Source of the DNA: an uncultured Alphaproteobacteria bacterium | GTDB lineage: Bacteria > Pseudomonadota > Alphaproteobacteria > Rhodobacterales > Rhodobacteraceae | NCBI GenBank assembly: GCA_963763165.1 | Contig: CAVXNV010000004.1 | Location: 292,652 to 356,651, forward strand | Direction: 5' to 3' | DNA: 64,000 nucleotides | Shown: in pieces, positions 1 to 8,110 of the stretch | Position numbering within the stretch: position 1 is the first letter of the stretch | How the letters are laid out: the number at the start of each line of letters is the position of its first letter | Notes under the pieces: model-generated | What the model was told of the DNA's origin: nothing | What the model saw: only the letters and a program-made list of their open reading frames with translations | The model's database searches: none | Program-made: the position numbers and the translations under genes

Positions 1-30
1 CATTCCGTCCTGCGGGACTTAGCAAACATC

Positions 31-60
31 AAGCCTGTCGCGGAAACGCGGCAGGCTTTT
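31..60 (+). terminator. Rho-independent terminator-like hairpin
   Basis: AAGCCTGTCGCG-GAAA-CGCGGCAGGCTT followed by a T-rich tail. Confidence 0.6.
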
Positions 61-461
61 GATTTTGGATTCCCTATTATCCACGAGAAAAAGCAGGAGG
101 TGCGCCAAACTCGTGTCGCCCCGCTGCCGAATGGCGGGCGAAGCACGTTGCAGAAATCAAACCTCCGACGTCGAGACTCCGAACGGCGATCAGCCCGGTC
201 TGCAAGCGCGCAGTCTAAAAGGCAACTCGGCGGACAGCGCGGACCTCTATTTCCGTAGCCGTTGTCGTAAACACGATGGCCACGCGAGGACGCGGCTTCT
301 CTGCACGGGCAATATTTCAAAGGTGTCGTGGGTTTCTGGGGATTGGCAGAAGTTCGCTATCCGCCCCGTCCACGGCCCCTCGGAACCGCAAGGGACTTGA
401 TACGTTTGCCAAGGCAACGAAGATTTGCCCGGCCTGCAAAGACCGGGAGACAGGATACCGA

Positions 462-1517
462 GTGACCATCTTCCTCAACGGATTGGCGACGGCCGTGCCG
501 CCGCATGTGCTGCCTCAGAACGTTGTCCAGGACCGCGCACAAGAGTTGCTGGGCCCGAAATACCCGCAATTTCAGAGGCTTCTTTCGACGTTCGTGAATG
601 CCGGGATCGACCGGCGATACTCGGTCGTGCCGCTCGAGTGGTTCACCGGAGACCACGGGTGGAAGGCGCGCAACGACGCCTATCTCGAGGGTGCAACCAC
701 GCTTTTCATCGATGCGGCGCGACAGGCGCTCGCGGCGTCGGGCTGGTCGGCGGACGAGGTCGACTGCATCGTCACGGTTTCTTCCACCGGCGTCGCAACG
801 CCGACGCTCGAGGCGCGAGCGGCAGCGACGCTCGGCTTCCGCGACGATGTGCGCCGCGTGCCCGTATTCGGCCTTGGCTGCGCAGGCGGCGTTTCTGGCC
901 TTTCGATCGCGCAGTCCATGGCCTCCTCCCGGCGGGGCGAGCGCGTGTTGCTCGTTGTGGTTGAGGCCTGCACATTGTCCTTTCGCACCGATCGGCTGGA
1001 GAAGGCGGACATCATCGCCACTGTCCTCTTTGGCGATGGCGCGGCGGCGGCTTGCCTGTCGAGCGAGCCAGGAAACCGATCAATCGAGGTCGAACGAGGT
1101 GCCCAGATCACATGGCCCGCCACTCTGGGGATCATGGGCTGGGACGTGGACGATACCGGGCTCGGCGTCGTGTTCGACCGCGCCATTCCGAACTTCGTCG
1201 ATGGCCATCTCGAACAGGCGACTGGCCGCGCGCTTGCGGAGTGCGGGCTTGAGCCCGGTGATATCGACCGCTTCGTTTGCCATCCCGGTGGTGCGAAGGT
1301 CGTCTCCGCCATCGAGCGCGCATTGCATCTTGAGCAGGGATCACTCGACGCCGAGCGCGACGTGCTGCGCGCGGCGGGTAACATGTCCGCACCAACGGTG
1401 CTCTTCGTTCTCGATCGGGTCCTGAAGTCCGGCAGGACGGGACGGATGATGGCGATGGCCCTCGGACCGGGCTTCACCGGGTCCTTCATGCCGATCCGGG
1501 TCGGCGCAGCCGCATGA
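462..1517 (+). CDS. Type III polyketide synthase (chalcone synthase-like, BpsA/SrsA type)
   Basis: Catalytic triad motifs GLGCAGG (Cys), CHPGG (His), GNMS (Asn); also LFGDGAAA and GPG. Start placed at GTG 462 behind a GGAGA RBS; the ORF track begins at 276. Confidence 0.93.
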   Translation: MTIFLNGLATAVPPHVLPQNVVQDRAQELLGPKYPQFQRLLSTFVNAGIDRRYSVVPLEWFTGDHGWKARNDAYLEGATTLFIDAARQALAASGWSADEVDCIVTVSSTGVATPTLEARAAATLGFRDDVRRVPVFGLGCAGGVSGLSIAQSMASSRRGERVLLVVVEACTLSFRTDRLEKADIIATVLFGDGAAAACLSSEPGNRSIEVERGAQITWPATLGIMGWDVDDTGLGVVFDRAIPNFVDGHLEQATGRALAECGLEPGDIDRFVCHPGGAKVVSAIERALHLEQGSLDAERDVLRAAGNMSAPTVLFVLDRVLKSGRTGRMMAMALGPGFTGSFMPIRVGAAA

Positions 1518-2014
1518 GCCTCGGCGCCGCCCTCTTCATCGGGTTCCTTATCGTTCAGCGTCTGGGTGAGTTGGGTCTCGCACGCCGCAACACACACGCA
1601 CTGCTCGTGGATGGGGCGCGGGAGGTCGATGCCGATCACTATCTCCTGATCGTCGCGCTCCATGTCGCCTGGATCGCGAGCATCGCGCTGCTGGGCTACG
1701 ATCAAGCCGTTGTCATGGCGTGGCTCGCCGTATTCGCGCTGCTCCAGCTCTTTCGCCTCTGGGTTCTTGCGGCGCTCGGGCGACGCTGGACGACACGGAT
1801 AATCGTCACCGGCACGCCGCTTGTCGCGCGGGGACCGTTCCGCTTCATGCGTCATCCGAACTACACCTTGGTCGTCTGCGAGATCGCCGTGGCACCGCTG
1901 GTCTTGGGGCTCTGGCAGGTCGCGCTGCTGTTCAGCGTGCTCAACGCCGCTGTCCTGACCATCCGCATCCGGGCCGAGAACCGCGCGCTCGCGCCGTATC
2001 GAACAGAGCGATGA
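1514..2014 (+). CDS. Isoprenylcysteine carboxyl methyltransferase family membrane protein (BpsB/SrsB type)
   Basis: Hydrophobic 166 aa; LGRRWTTRII, GPFRFMRHPNY and RIRAEN motifs; ATGA overlap with the PKS stop. Confidence 0.9.
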   Translation: MSLGAALFIGFLIVQRLGELGLARRNTHALLVDGAREVDADHYLLIVALHVAWIASIALLGYDQAVVMAWLAVFALLQLFRLWVLAALGRRWTTRIIVTGTPLVARGPFRFMRHPNYTLVVCEIAVAPLVLGLWQVALLFSVLNAAVLTIRIRAENRALAPYRTER

Positions 2015-3018
2015 ATTGGCTTCTGCGCCACCCCAAGCTGCTGCTGGCAGCGGTTCTGGCGCTTGCTTTCCTCGCTGTAGCGCCCATTGGCAGCCTGCGG
2101 TTCGACAGCAACATCAACCGGGTGTTCCTGTCGGACACGGCGCTTTCCGATGCACAGCGCGACTTCGAAGAGCGCTTCGATACCACGCTTTCGGATGTCG
2201 CCGTGCTGGTCGAATCCCGAACTCAGCTAAGCGAAACCCAGATTGCCGCGGCGCGCGACCTTGCGCTCGATTATGAACTGACACCCGGCGTTGTTGCGGT
2301 CGTCTCGCCTTTCAGCCTCCGCTTTCCGCCGGGCCGCACGCGATGGCCGGAAGAACCAGTCATCCCCGCACGTATCGACCGCACCGACCTGTCAGACCGT
2401 CTTGCCGCGTTTCGCGCTCTCGATACGGGACTTCCGACCCTTCTCGCGCCCGATACACTGTTGATCCTGGCGTCGATTGACACGCGTGAGCGCTCGCTTG
2501 GGGACGCGCTGCCCGAGCTGCGGTCTCTGGCTGCATCGGTCGAAGAGACAGGCGCATCCGTCACGATCACCGGGCAGGATGTCGTCGGCCTCGCCATCCG
2601 GGACGGCCTTGCGAAAGATCTCTTGCGCTTGAACCTGATCGGCGCGGCTCTCGTTCTGCTGGCAGCCATGGCGCTGTTACGTGATCCGCGTCTCGTTGCA
2701 GTCGCGATCGGACCGCCTCTTCTGGGCGCGGTCGGCACACTCGGGCTCGCCGCGTGGCTCGGCCTGCCGATCACCGTGCTTTCGAATGTCATTCCGATGC
2801 TCATGCTCGTCATCGGCGTCGCGAATGGGCTGCATCTGGCAGTGTCCCTTGCCCGGGCGGAGGGGCAGATCGCAGCACGCGTCCAAACCACCTTGCGCGA
2901 GGTCGGCCCGGCCAGCGCGCTGACGTTCGGTCGGCATCTTCTTCCAGACATCGCGGACGGACTTCAGTTCGGTGATCATGGAGTGGCCTCGCTTCGGGGG
3001 GAACCCAAAATAGGCTGA
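2011..3018 (+). pseudogene. Truncated MMPL/RND-family transporter
   Basis: N-terminal TM, periplasmic loop (TITGQ), then the first TM bundle (PITVLSNVIPMLMLVIGVANGLHL). Family-like sequence stops at GPASALT (~2925) and the second half is missing; ATGA overlap with the methyltransferase. Confidence 0.75.
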
Positions 3019-3056
3019 TTTCTCCTAACCGGAAGCGACTAGGTTATGGCGTAGCC
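2926..3056 (-). mobile_element. Possible IS 5' end remnant (IS1595-like) truncating the MMPL gene
   Basis: Minus-strand ATG 2979 gives MITELKSVRDVWKKMPTE, which resembles IS1595-type transposase N-termini as I recall them; it begins exactly where MMPL similarity ends. Confidence 0.4.
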
Positions 3057-3227
3057 GGGACCTTCGCGAGGCAAGCAGGCCGAGCATTTCCGAAAGCCCT
3101 GCTTTTTCTCGTGGATAACAGGGATTGCTTTTGTTCGACAAGGCCATCCACGACAGCTTAAAGTTCTCCGGGTCGCCAACGAATCCCGGTGCCTGGGCGC
3201 TAGTCGCATATTCAGAAGGGAGAGCAG

Positions 3228-3914
3228 ATGGGTTTCGGCAATCAGGCCATCTATCAAACGAGGATCCTGCTAAACGAGATGTTGCGCCATGTCGGCGTCC
3301 AGATCGTTAAGGCCGCAGAGATGGAGGAGCTGAAATCCTTCATGTATCCCGCGCTGGCCGGCGCAAGACGGACGCCGGAAGTCTTCGTCGAGACGGGGAC
3401 ATATTTGGGCAACACGACGGCCGCAGCCGCGCGCGTCTTCCGGAAAGTTCACACCATAGAGCTCTCAGAGGAGCTGCATCTAAAGGCGCAGGCCCGCTTC
3501 CGCGATGTCGAGAACATCACCTGCCATCAGGGTAATAGCCCGGACGTGCTGCTCAAGCTGGTTGCCAGTATTCAGGAACCTGCGGTGTTCTTTCTCGACG
3601 CTCACTGGTCTGGCGGGGTCACGGCACATGGGGAAGTTGAGGTTCCACTCCTTGAAGAGCTCGGGATAATCAGGAACCGGAACATGGATGACGTCATCAT
3701 CATAGATGACCTGAGGCTCATCGGCAGATCCGGAAAGACAGGGCTCCGGCTCAGTCGGGAATATCCTATATCAGACTTCGATTGGCGCGACGTGACGTTG
3801 GACGCGATATTGGAGGCATTGGGCCGCCCCAAGCATATCAGAGAATACGCCGACAAGTTGATCATCGATTTGAAGGACAGTCATTCCGGAATGCCGGCGC
3901 GCAAGCGTCCATAG
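3228..3914 (+). CDS. Putative class I SAM-dependent methyltransferase
   Basis: VFVETGTYLGNT motif I-like, IELS, FFLDAHWSGG, IIIDD; GGAGAG RBS; visibly lower GC than its flanks. Confidence 0.7.
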   Translation: MGFGNQAIYQTRILLNEMLRHVGVQIVKAAEMEELKSFMYPALAGARRTPEVFVETGTYLGNTTAAAARVFRKVHTIELSEELHLKAQARFRDVENITCHQGNSPDVLLKLVASIQEPAVFFLDAHWSGGVTAHGEVEVPLLEELGIIRNRNMDDVIIIDDLRLIGRSGKTGLRLSREYPISDFDWRDVTLDAILEALGRPKHIREYADKLIIDLKDSHSGMPARKRP

Positions 3915-3919
3915 ACCAC

Positions 3920-4255
3920 GGGCAAGAGGTCCCTCCCGCCGAAGTGGGACGCGTAAAGCGCCCTGGGCCGGGCGGTTCAGCATGGTGGAACGTGTCAATG
4001 GCGGAGTAAAACCGACCACATGGCGGCGCAAAACCAGGCCATTGGCGGGGCGCCAAGCGTCATGGCGCGCGGGCTCCCAGATAGCTCGCGCGTACCAGGG
4101 CGCTTGGCCCGCAGGACCAGTCCTGTGACGGACAGTGCAGCCGCCGAGAGCAGGAAGTGCTGAGCCATAATCACCTCGCAGTGTAACAAATGTTCACACT
4201 GTGTTCTCAATCGAGGGCTGCGACAAGCGTTTGGTGCATCTGCTACCTAAGACCG
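3920..4255 (-). mobile_element. Internally deleted IS1595-family (ISNha5-like) remnant with one terminal IR
   Basis: ATG 4168 gives MAQHFLLSAAA, a typical alphaproteobacterial IS1595 transposase start. Upstream end reads CGGTCTTAGGTAGCAGATGCACCAA on the minus strand (4255-4231), matching CGGnnTT-type ends. The body of the gene is missing. Confidence 0.65.
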
Positions 4256-4450
4256 GATTTCTCAATGAGACCCTGTTCCGCAACCTTGCACCCGTAATCC
4301 GATCGCCGCATGGGTCGCCGACTACCACACCGCGCGGCCCCATTCAGCCCTCGGCTACCAGACCCCCGCAGGTTTCGCCCTGCATCTGACCACCGCCATC
4401 GCCCGACCCGCTGCACGCGATTGAAGTTCCGCGCGCCGGACGATTGTTCA
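4256..4450 (+). mobile_element. IS3-family transposase 3' remnant
   Basis: Frameshifted translation FLNETLFRNLA...AWVADYHTARPHSALGYQTPA matches the C-terminus of the IS3 integrase core. Confidence 0.8.
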
Positions 4451-4799
4451 GTGCGGTAGCGCTGGTCGAAACCAGGACCCGCGTTTCGTCCGGCCCCTCG
4501 ACGGCGAACGCACTGCGGCGGTTTTCAAACAGAACAGGTTCGGACAGCGCCTGATCCAGAAGCCGCTGGCGCCAATCCCCGGGCATGTCCGAAAGCTCAC
4601 CGCCGACAATCGGATTGAGATCCCTGCCAAAAACAGTGTAGCAGTCTCTGCCCTCATCGCCGCGGAAACGCAGCGCCGCGGCAGTCAGGCAGTATCCGAT
4701 AGTGCGCCGCTACTCGCAAGATCGCCGTCGCCACTTCGGGGCTTGACGTGATGATCCCGTTCCACGCGAATTCATCTTTTGCTCTCCGAGCGTTCCTGT

Positions 4800-5636
4800 T
4801 TAGGATAAACGAGTGGGATCAGTCTGCCTGGCGGCAGCGTTAATCTCCCTGTCTCGATCCGGTGCGGGCTGCCCGGCGTCCGTGTCAAACTCTGGACTGC
4901 ACCTTTCGGAGTCCCACCAGCAGCCACAGTGCAGACGGGGTGGCGAGCGCCAGATCAGCCAAGCCACACCCAGAAGGTCAGGAAGGCCCGCCAGACCGCG
5001 CTGCCAGTTCGTGTAATGGGACCGCCCGGTTTGGCGCGGCGCGTGGGTGGCCGGCATGTGAACGATGTCCCAGCCGTCGCGCTTCATCAGGGCCGGCATG
5101 AAACGGTGCAAATGTCGGAACCAAGGCAGGTCCAGATAAGCCTGGCGCCAGAACACCCGCAGCGCGCAGCCTGAATCCGGACAACCATCGCGCAGCAGCG
5201 CACCGCGGATCATGTTGGCCGTGCGTGACGCCAGCCGTTTGGACAGGCTATCCTTGCGTTTTGCGCGGACGCCCTGGATCATGCCGACAGACGAGGGCGC
5301 CGCCCGGAACGCGGCGATCATCGCTCGCAGGTTCTCCGGTGGATTCTGCCCATCGCCGTCCAGCGTTGCGACGATCGGTGCGCGCGCAATTCGGATGCCG
5401 CTGCGCAAGGCTGCAGACTGGCCCAACGGGTGCATGTGCGTAGCGACGCGAAGCCAGGTCCAGTCAGCAGTCAAGCCTTTTAGAACTTTCCCGGTGTCGT
5501 CCGCCGAGCCGTCATTCACCACGATTACCTCGGCGCCGAGATCTTCGGCAAGCTTGCGCAAATCGCTCAGGAGATTCGGCAGATTTCCGGCCTCATTGTG
5601 GGCCGGGATGACGAAGGCGATTTCCGGCTGTGTCAT
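4800..5636 (-). CDS. GT2 polyprenyl-phosphate glycosyltransferase (ArnC/DPM1-like)
   Basis: VIPAHNE, VVNDGSAD, GQSAAL, TLDGDGQNPP, DSGCALRVF, HRFMPAL motifs. Confidence 0.9.
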   Translation of the reverse strand: MTQPEIAFVIPAHNEAGNLPNLLSDLRKLAEDLGAEVIVVNDGSADDTGKVLKGLTADWTWLRVATHMHPLGQSAALRSGIRIARAPIVATLDGDGQNPPENLRAMIAAFRAAPSSVGMIQGVRAKRKDSLSKRLASRTANMIRGALLRDGCPDSGCALRVFWRQAYLDLPWFRHLHRFMPALMKRDGWDIVHMPATHAPRQTGRSHYTNWQRGLAGLPDLLGVAWLIWRSPPRLHCGCWWDSERCSPEFDTDAGQPAPDRDREINAAARQTDPTRLS

Positions 5637-7144
5637 GGCTTGTCCTCGGTGGACCAGATGGCCCAGTCTTCATTGCGGTAGTAGATGACCTCCGCCGGGG
5701 GCCATGCTGGCAGCGGGCCAGCATTGAGTTGCCCCAGGATCAGCCCATCAGGCTCCCTCTCGGCAAACGCCTCGATATCCTCGGGTGTGGTCAGCAGCGA
5801 AAAGGGATGCTGAAGACGTCCGGCGAAATGGAATTCAGCATGATAAACGCCAGATGCCATCGCAATATGTCCATCTGCGGGTGCAAGGCGTTCGGCAATC
5901 CTGCCCGGAGACATAATTTCTCCGGCTGGCCCAATGGCGTAGGACAACTGCAGTGCCGTGATCGCCGCCGGCCCGGCCAGTATGGTCCATCCGGGCCGCA
6001 TCGCGATGACGAATGCGATAGCCAGCAACAGAAATGCAACGACGACGGCGACCGGCCATGTCACAAGGCGTTCCGCGTCCTCGCCCACAACACCAAGCGC
6101 CATCAGGCAGAAGGCAATCCCCAGCAGGGCCAGGATCGTGGCGGGAATCCACCCGTGGCGGATGTGGTCAGGCCAGCGCCGTGCCAGGAGGATTGCGATC
6201 CACGGGAGCTGTGGCGCCAGATAATGCAGCTGTTTGCCGCTGATAAGGCTGAAGATCAGCAGCGGTCCCAAGGCAGACACCCACAGCAATCTTTCCGGCG
6301 CATCCAGCGGCAGGCGTTTCCAGAAATTTGGCAGCCAGCCCCAGGGGAAAAGCAGCACCGGAATGAGCGGGATGTAATACCAGAAAGGATGGGCATGCGC
6401 GAAACTTGACACCGTGCGCCCTGCCGTCTGTGTCCAGAGCACCGCCTCGCGGTATTCCGGGCCGCCCAGCACAAGCGCCGGAACCAGCCACAAGCCGACC
6501 AATCCGATGCTGGTGGCCAACGCCACAGCAATGCCGGGAAAAACACGCGGGGTGCGAGGCGCCCACAACCGTAGAGCCAAAAGAGGCGGCAAAACATGCA
6601 CGAAAACGACCGGCCCCTTGCTCATGATCCCGAGGGCGACCGCCGCGCCGAACCAAGCCCATTGACGCGGCGAAAAACTCTCGCGTTTCCCGATGCGCCA
6701 AAGCTGGCCGATGGCCAGCACGACGGAAAGCGCCAGCATCATGTCGAACCCGGTATCCCCCGCGTAGAACAGGAAAACAGCACCGGTTGCCAGGATCAGC
6801 ATTGCAGCCGTTCCCGTTCGGCGACTCAGACCCATGCTGTCGCTCACACGACCAGTCGCCCACACGGCGGCCACGGAAAAGGCAGGGGCGACCAATCGTG
6901 CTGCCGTTTCACTCACACCCGGAAGCCAGACCAGGTTGATCAGCCAGAACAGAAGTGGCGGCTTGTGATCGTATGGCACGCCGTTTTTGAAGGGGACCAA
7001 CCAATGATCGCCGAGCCGCATTTCCCAAGCCACGGAAAGATAACGGGTCTCGTCTATTGGCATCAAAGGTCTCAAAAGCACGCCTGTTACGATCAGGAGG
7101 GCAAATGCGACGAGAACGTACCGCCTGTCAGGAAGCGGCATCAT
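5633..7144 (-). CDS. ArnT/GT39-family glycosyltransferase
   Basis: DETRYLSVAWEM, HKPPLLFW, KGPV and KQLHY motifs; many TM segments; ATGA overlap with the GT2 gene. Confidence 0.9.
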   Translation of the reverse strand: MMPLPDRRYVLVAFALLIVTGVLLRPLMPIDETRYLSVAWEMRLGDHWLVPFKNGVPYDHKPPLLFWLINLVWLPGVSETAARLVAPAFSVAAVWATGRVSDSMGLSRRTGTAAMLILATGAVFLFYAGDTGFDMMLALSVVLAIGQLWRIGKRESFSPRQWAWFGAAVALGIMSKGPVVFVHVLPPLLALRLWAPRTPRVFPGIAVALATSIGLVGLWLVPALVLGGPEYREAVLWTQTAGRTVSSFAHAHPFWYYIPLIPVLLFPWGWLPNFWKRLPLDAPERLLWVSALGPLLIFSLISGKQLHYLAPQLPWIAILLARRWPDHIRHGWIPATILALLGIAFCLMALGVVGEDAERLVTWPVAVVVAFLLLAIAFVIAMRPGWTILAGPAAITALQLSYAIGPAGEIMSPGRIAERLAPADGHIAMASGVYHAEFHFAGRLQHPFSLLTTPEDIEAFAEREPDGLILGQLNAGPLPAWPPAEVIYYRNEDWAIWSTEDKP

Positions 7145-7442
7145 TGGGGCGCGCGCGAGAGATCAGAACAAGGTTGCGCAAATATACTACGGTTCCGACG
7201 GACTGGCCCATGATAAAGACCGGATCCCGGCGCCAGATCGCATAGATAAGCAGCATGATGCCGCCCGCCAATGATATCCACCAGAAGACGGTCGGCATGA
7301 CGGACGCGCCCGCACGTTCCGATGCGATCCACTGCACCAGGAACCGTGATGTGAACAATAGCTGTCCGGCGAATCCCAGCAGCAATATCGGGTGCAATGA
7401 AAAGGTGGTCAAAAGGCCTGCTCCATGTGTGTTTCTGCGCAA
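7128..7442 (-). CDS. Lipid-A-disaccharide synthase N-terminal (LAB_N) domain small membrane protein
   Basis: LGFAGQLLFTSRFLVQWIASERAG..P..FWWISL.GG..LLIYAIWRRDPVFI.GQ..G..VY.RNL; start codon uncertain. Confidence 0.85.
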   Translation of the reverse strand: MRRNTHGAGLLTTFSLHPILLLGFAGQLLFTSRFLVQWIASERAGASVMPTVFWWISLAGGIMLLIYAIWRRDPVFIMGQSVGTVVYLRNLVLISRARPNDAAS

Positions 7443-7759
7443 TCGGCGTGATTGCGCACAGCGCTCGCGACGGACCAGAAGCAGGACTTTCTTACAGCGT
7501 GCTTACAGGACTCAAGTGCAGCGGACCCGATGACAAGGTCGGCAAACCGCCGCGCAGAAAGCCGGGCATTTGCTGCGCCAGTCTGTGGTGAAAGCTGAAA
7601 CTCCGACCTTGGCGAGCCTATTCTTCGGTTTACATACCTCTTGCTCTCCTTGTTCGCAAGGCACCGGCGAGGGCTGCCTGACCTCATTCAGTTCGATCTT
7701 TGCCGCTCGGCTTCCTCGACTTTCCGGCCGAACCTTGGAGACACATTCGCACCTCGAAT

Positions 7760-7877
7760 CCGATCGATGGGCCGGACCGCTTCCCAGAGATCATCCAGAG
7801 CATTGCCGTCAAGGACGGGCTCAAGAAACTTCAAGCCGCCGCCTGATCACGTCATCACCGACTTTTGGACATAGCTC
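7760..7877 (+). mobile_element. IS256-family 3' remnant
   Basis: Translation IDGPDRFPEIIQSIAVKDGLKKLQAAA* followed by the end-like sequence TCACCGACTTTTGGACATAGCTC. Confidence 0.6.
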
Positions 7878-8003
7878 CTTCCGGATCGGTGATGAGCTAT
7901 CCGAAGTTCCAGCAGTCCGGAATGGCGGAGGTGTTGAGACGATAGCTGTCCGCGCAGCTAGCCTCCGGCGAAAGCGGGGCGGTCCAGGCTCGGGAAGTAT
8001 TTG

Positions 8004-8033
8004 TTGACAGATTGTCGCACTGAGCCTTATCAT
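8004..8033 (+). promoter_or_regulatory. Sigma70-type promoter for the MCO operon
   Basis: TTGACA (8004-8009), 18-nt spacer, TATCAT (8028-8033); GGAGG RBS before ATG 8111. Confidence 0.55.
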
Positions 8034-8110
8034 CGCTCACTTACGACTCGCCGCCTCGTCTGTAGTCCTTACCCCCCAACTTCGAACACCTGAGACAATG
8101 GAGGTTCTCC

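Noticed and set aside
1-30. Possible tRNA 3' end/att site before the terminator at 31-60
   Set aside because: No T-loop consensus or CCA is visible; too little sequence to support it.
276-461. Long N-terminal extensions given by the ORF track (PKS, amidohydrolase, ispG, amidase, agmatinase, arginase, Lrp, DsbB and others)
   Set aside because: Family similarity and RBS positions support downstream starts; the extensions are open-frame artefacts.
7570-8007. 145-aa ORF upstream of the MCO
   Set aside because: It spans IS256 debris and the promoter region and has no protein-like features.
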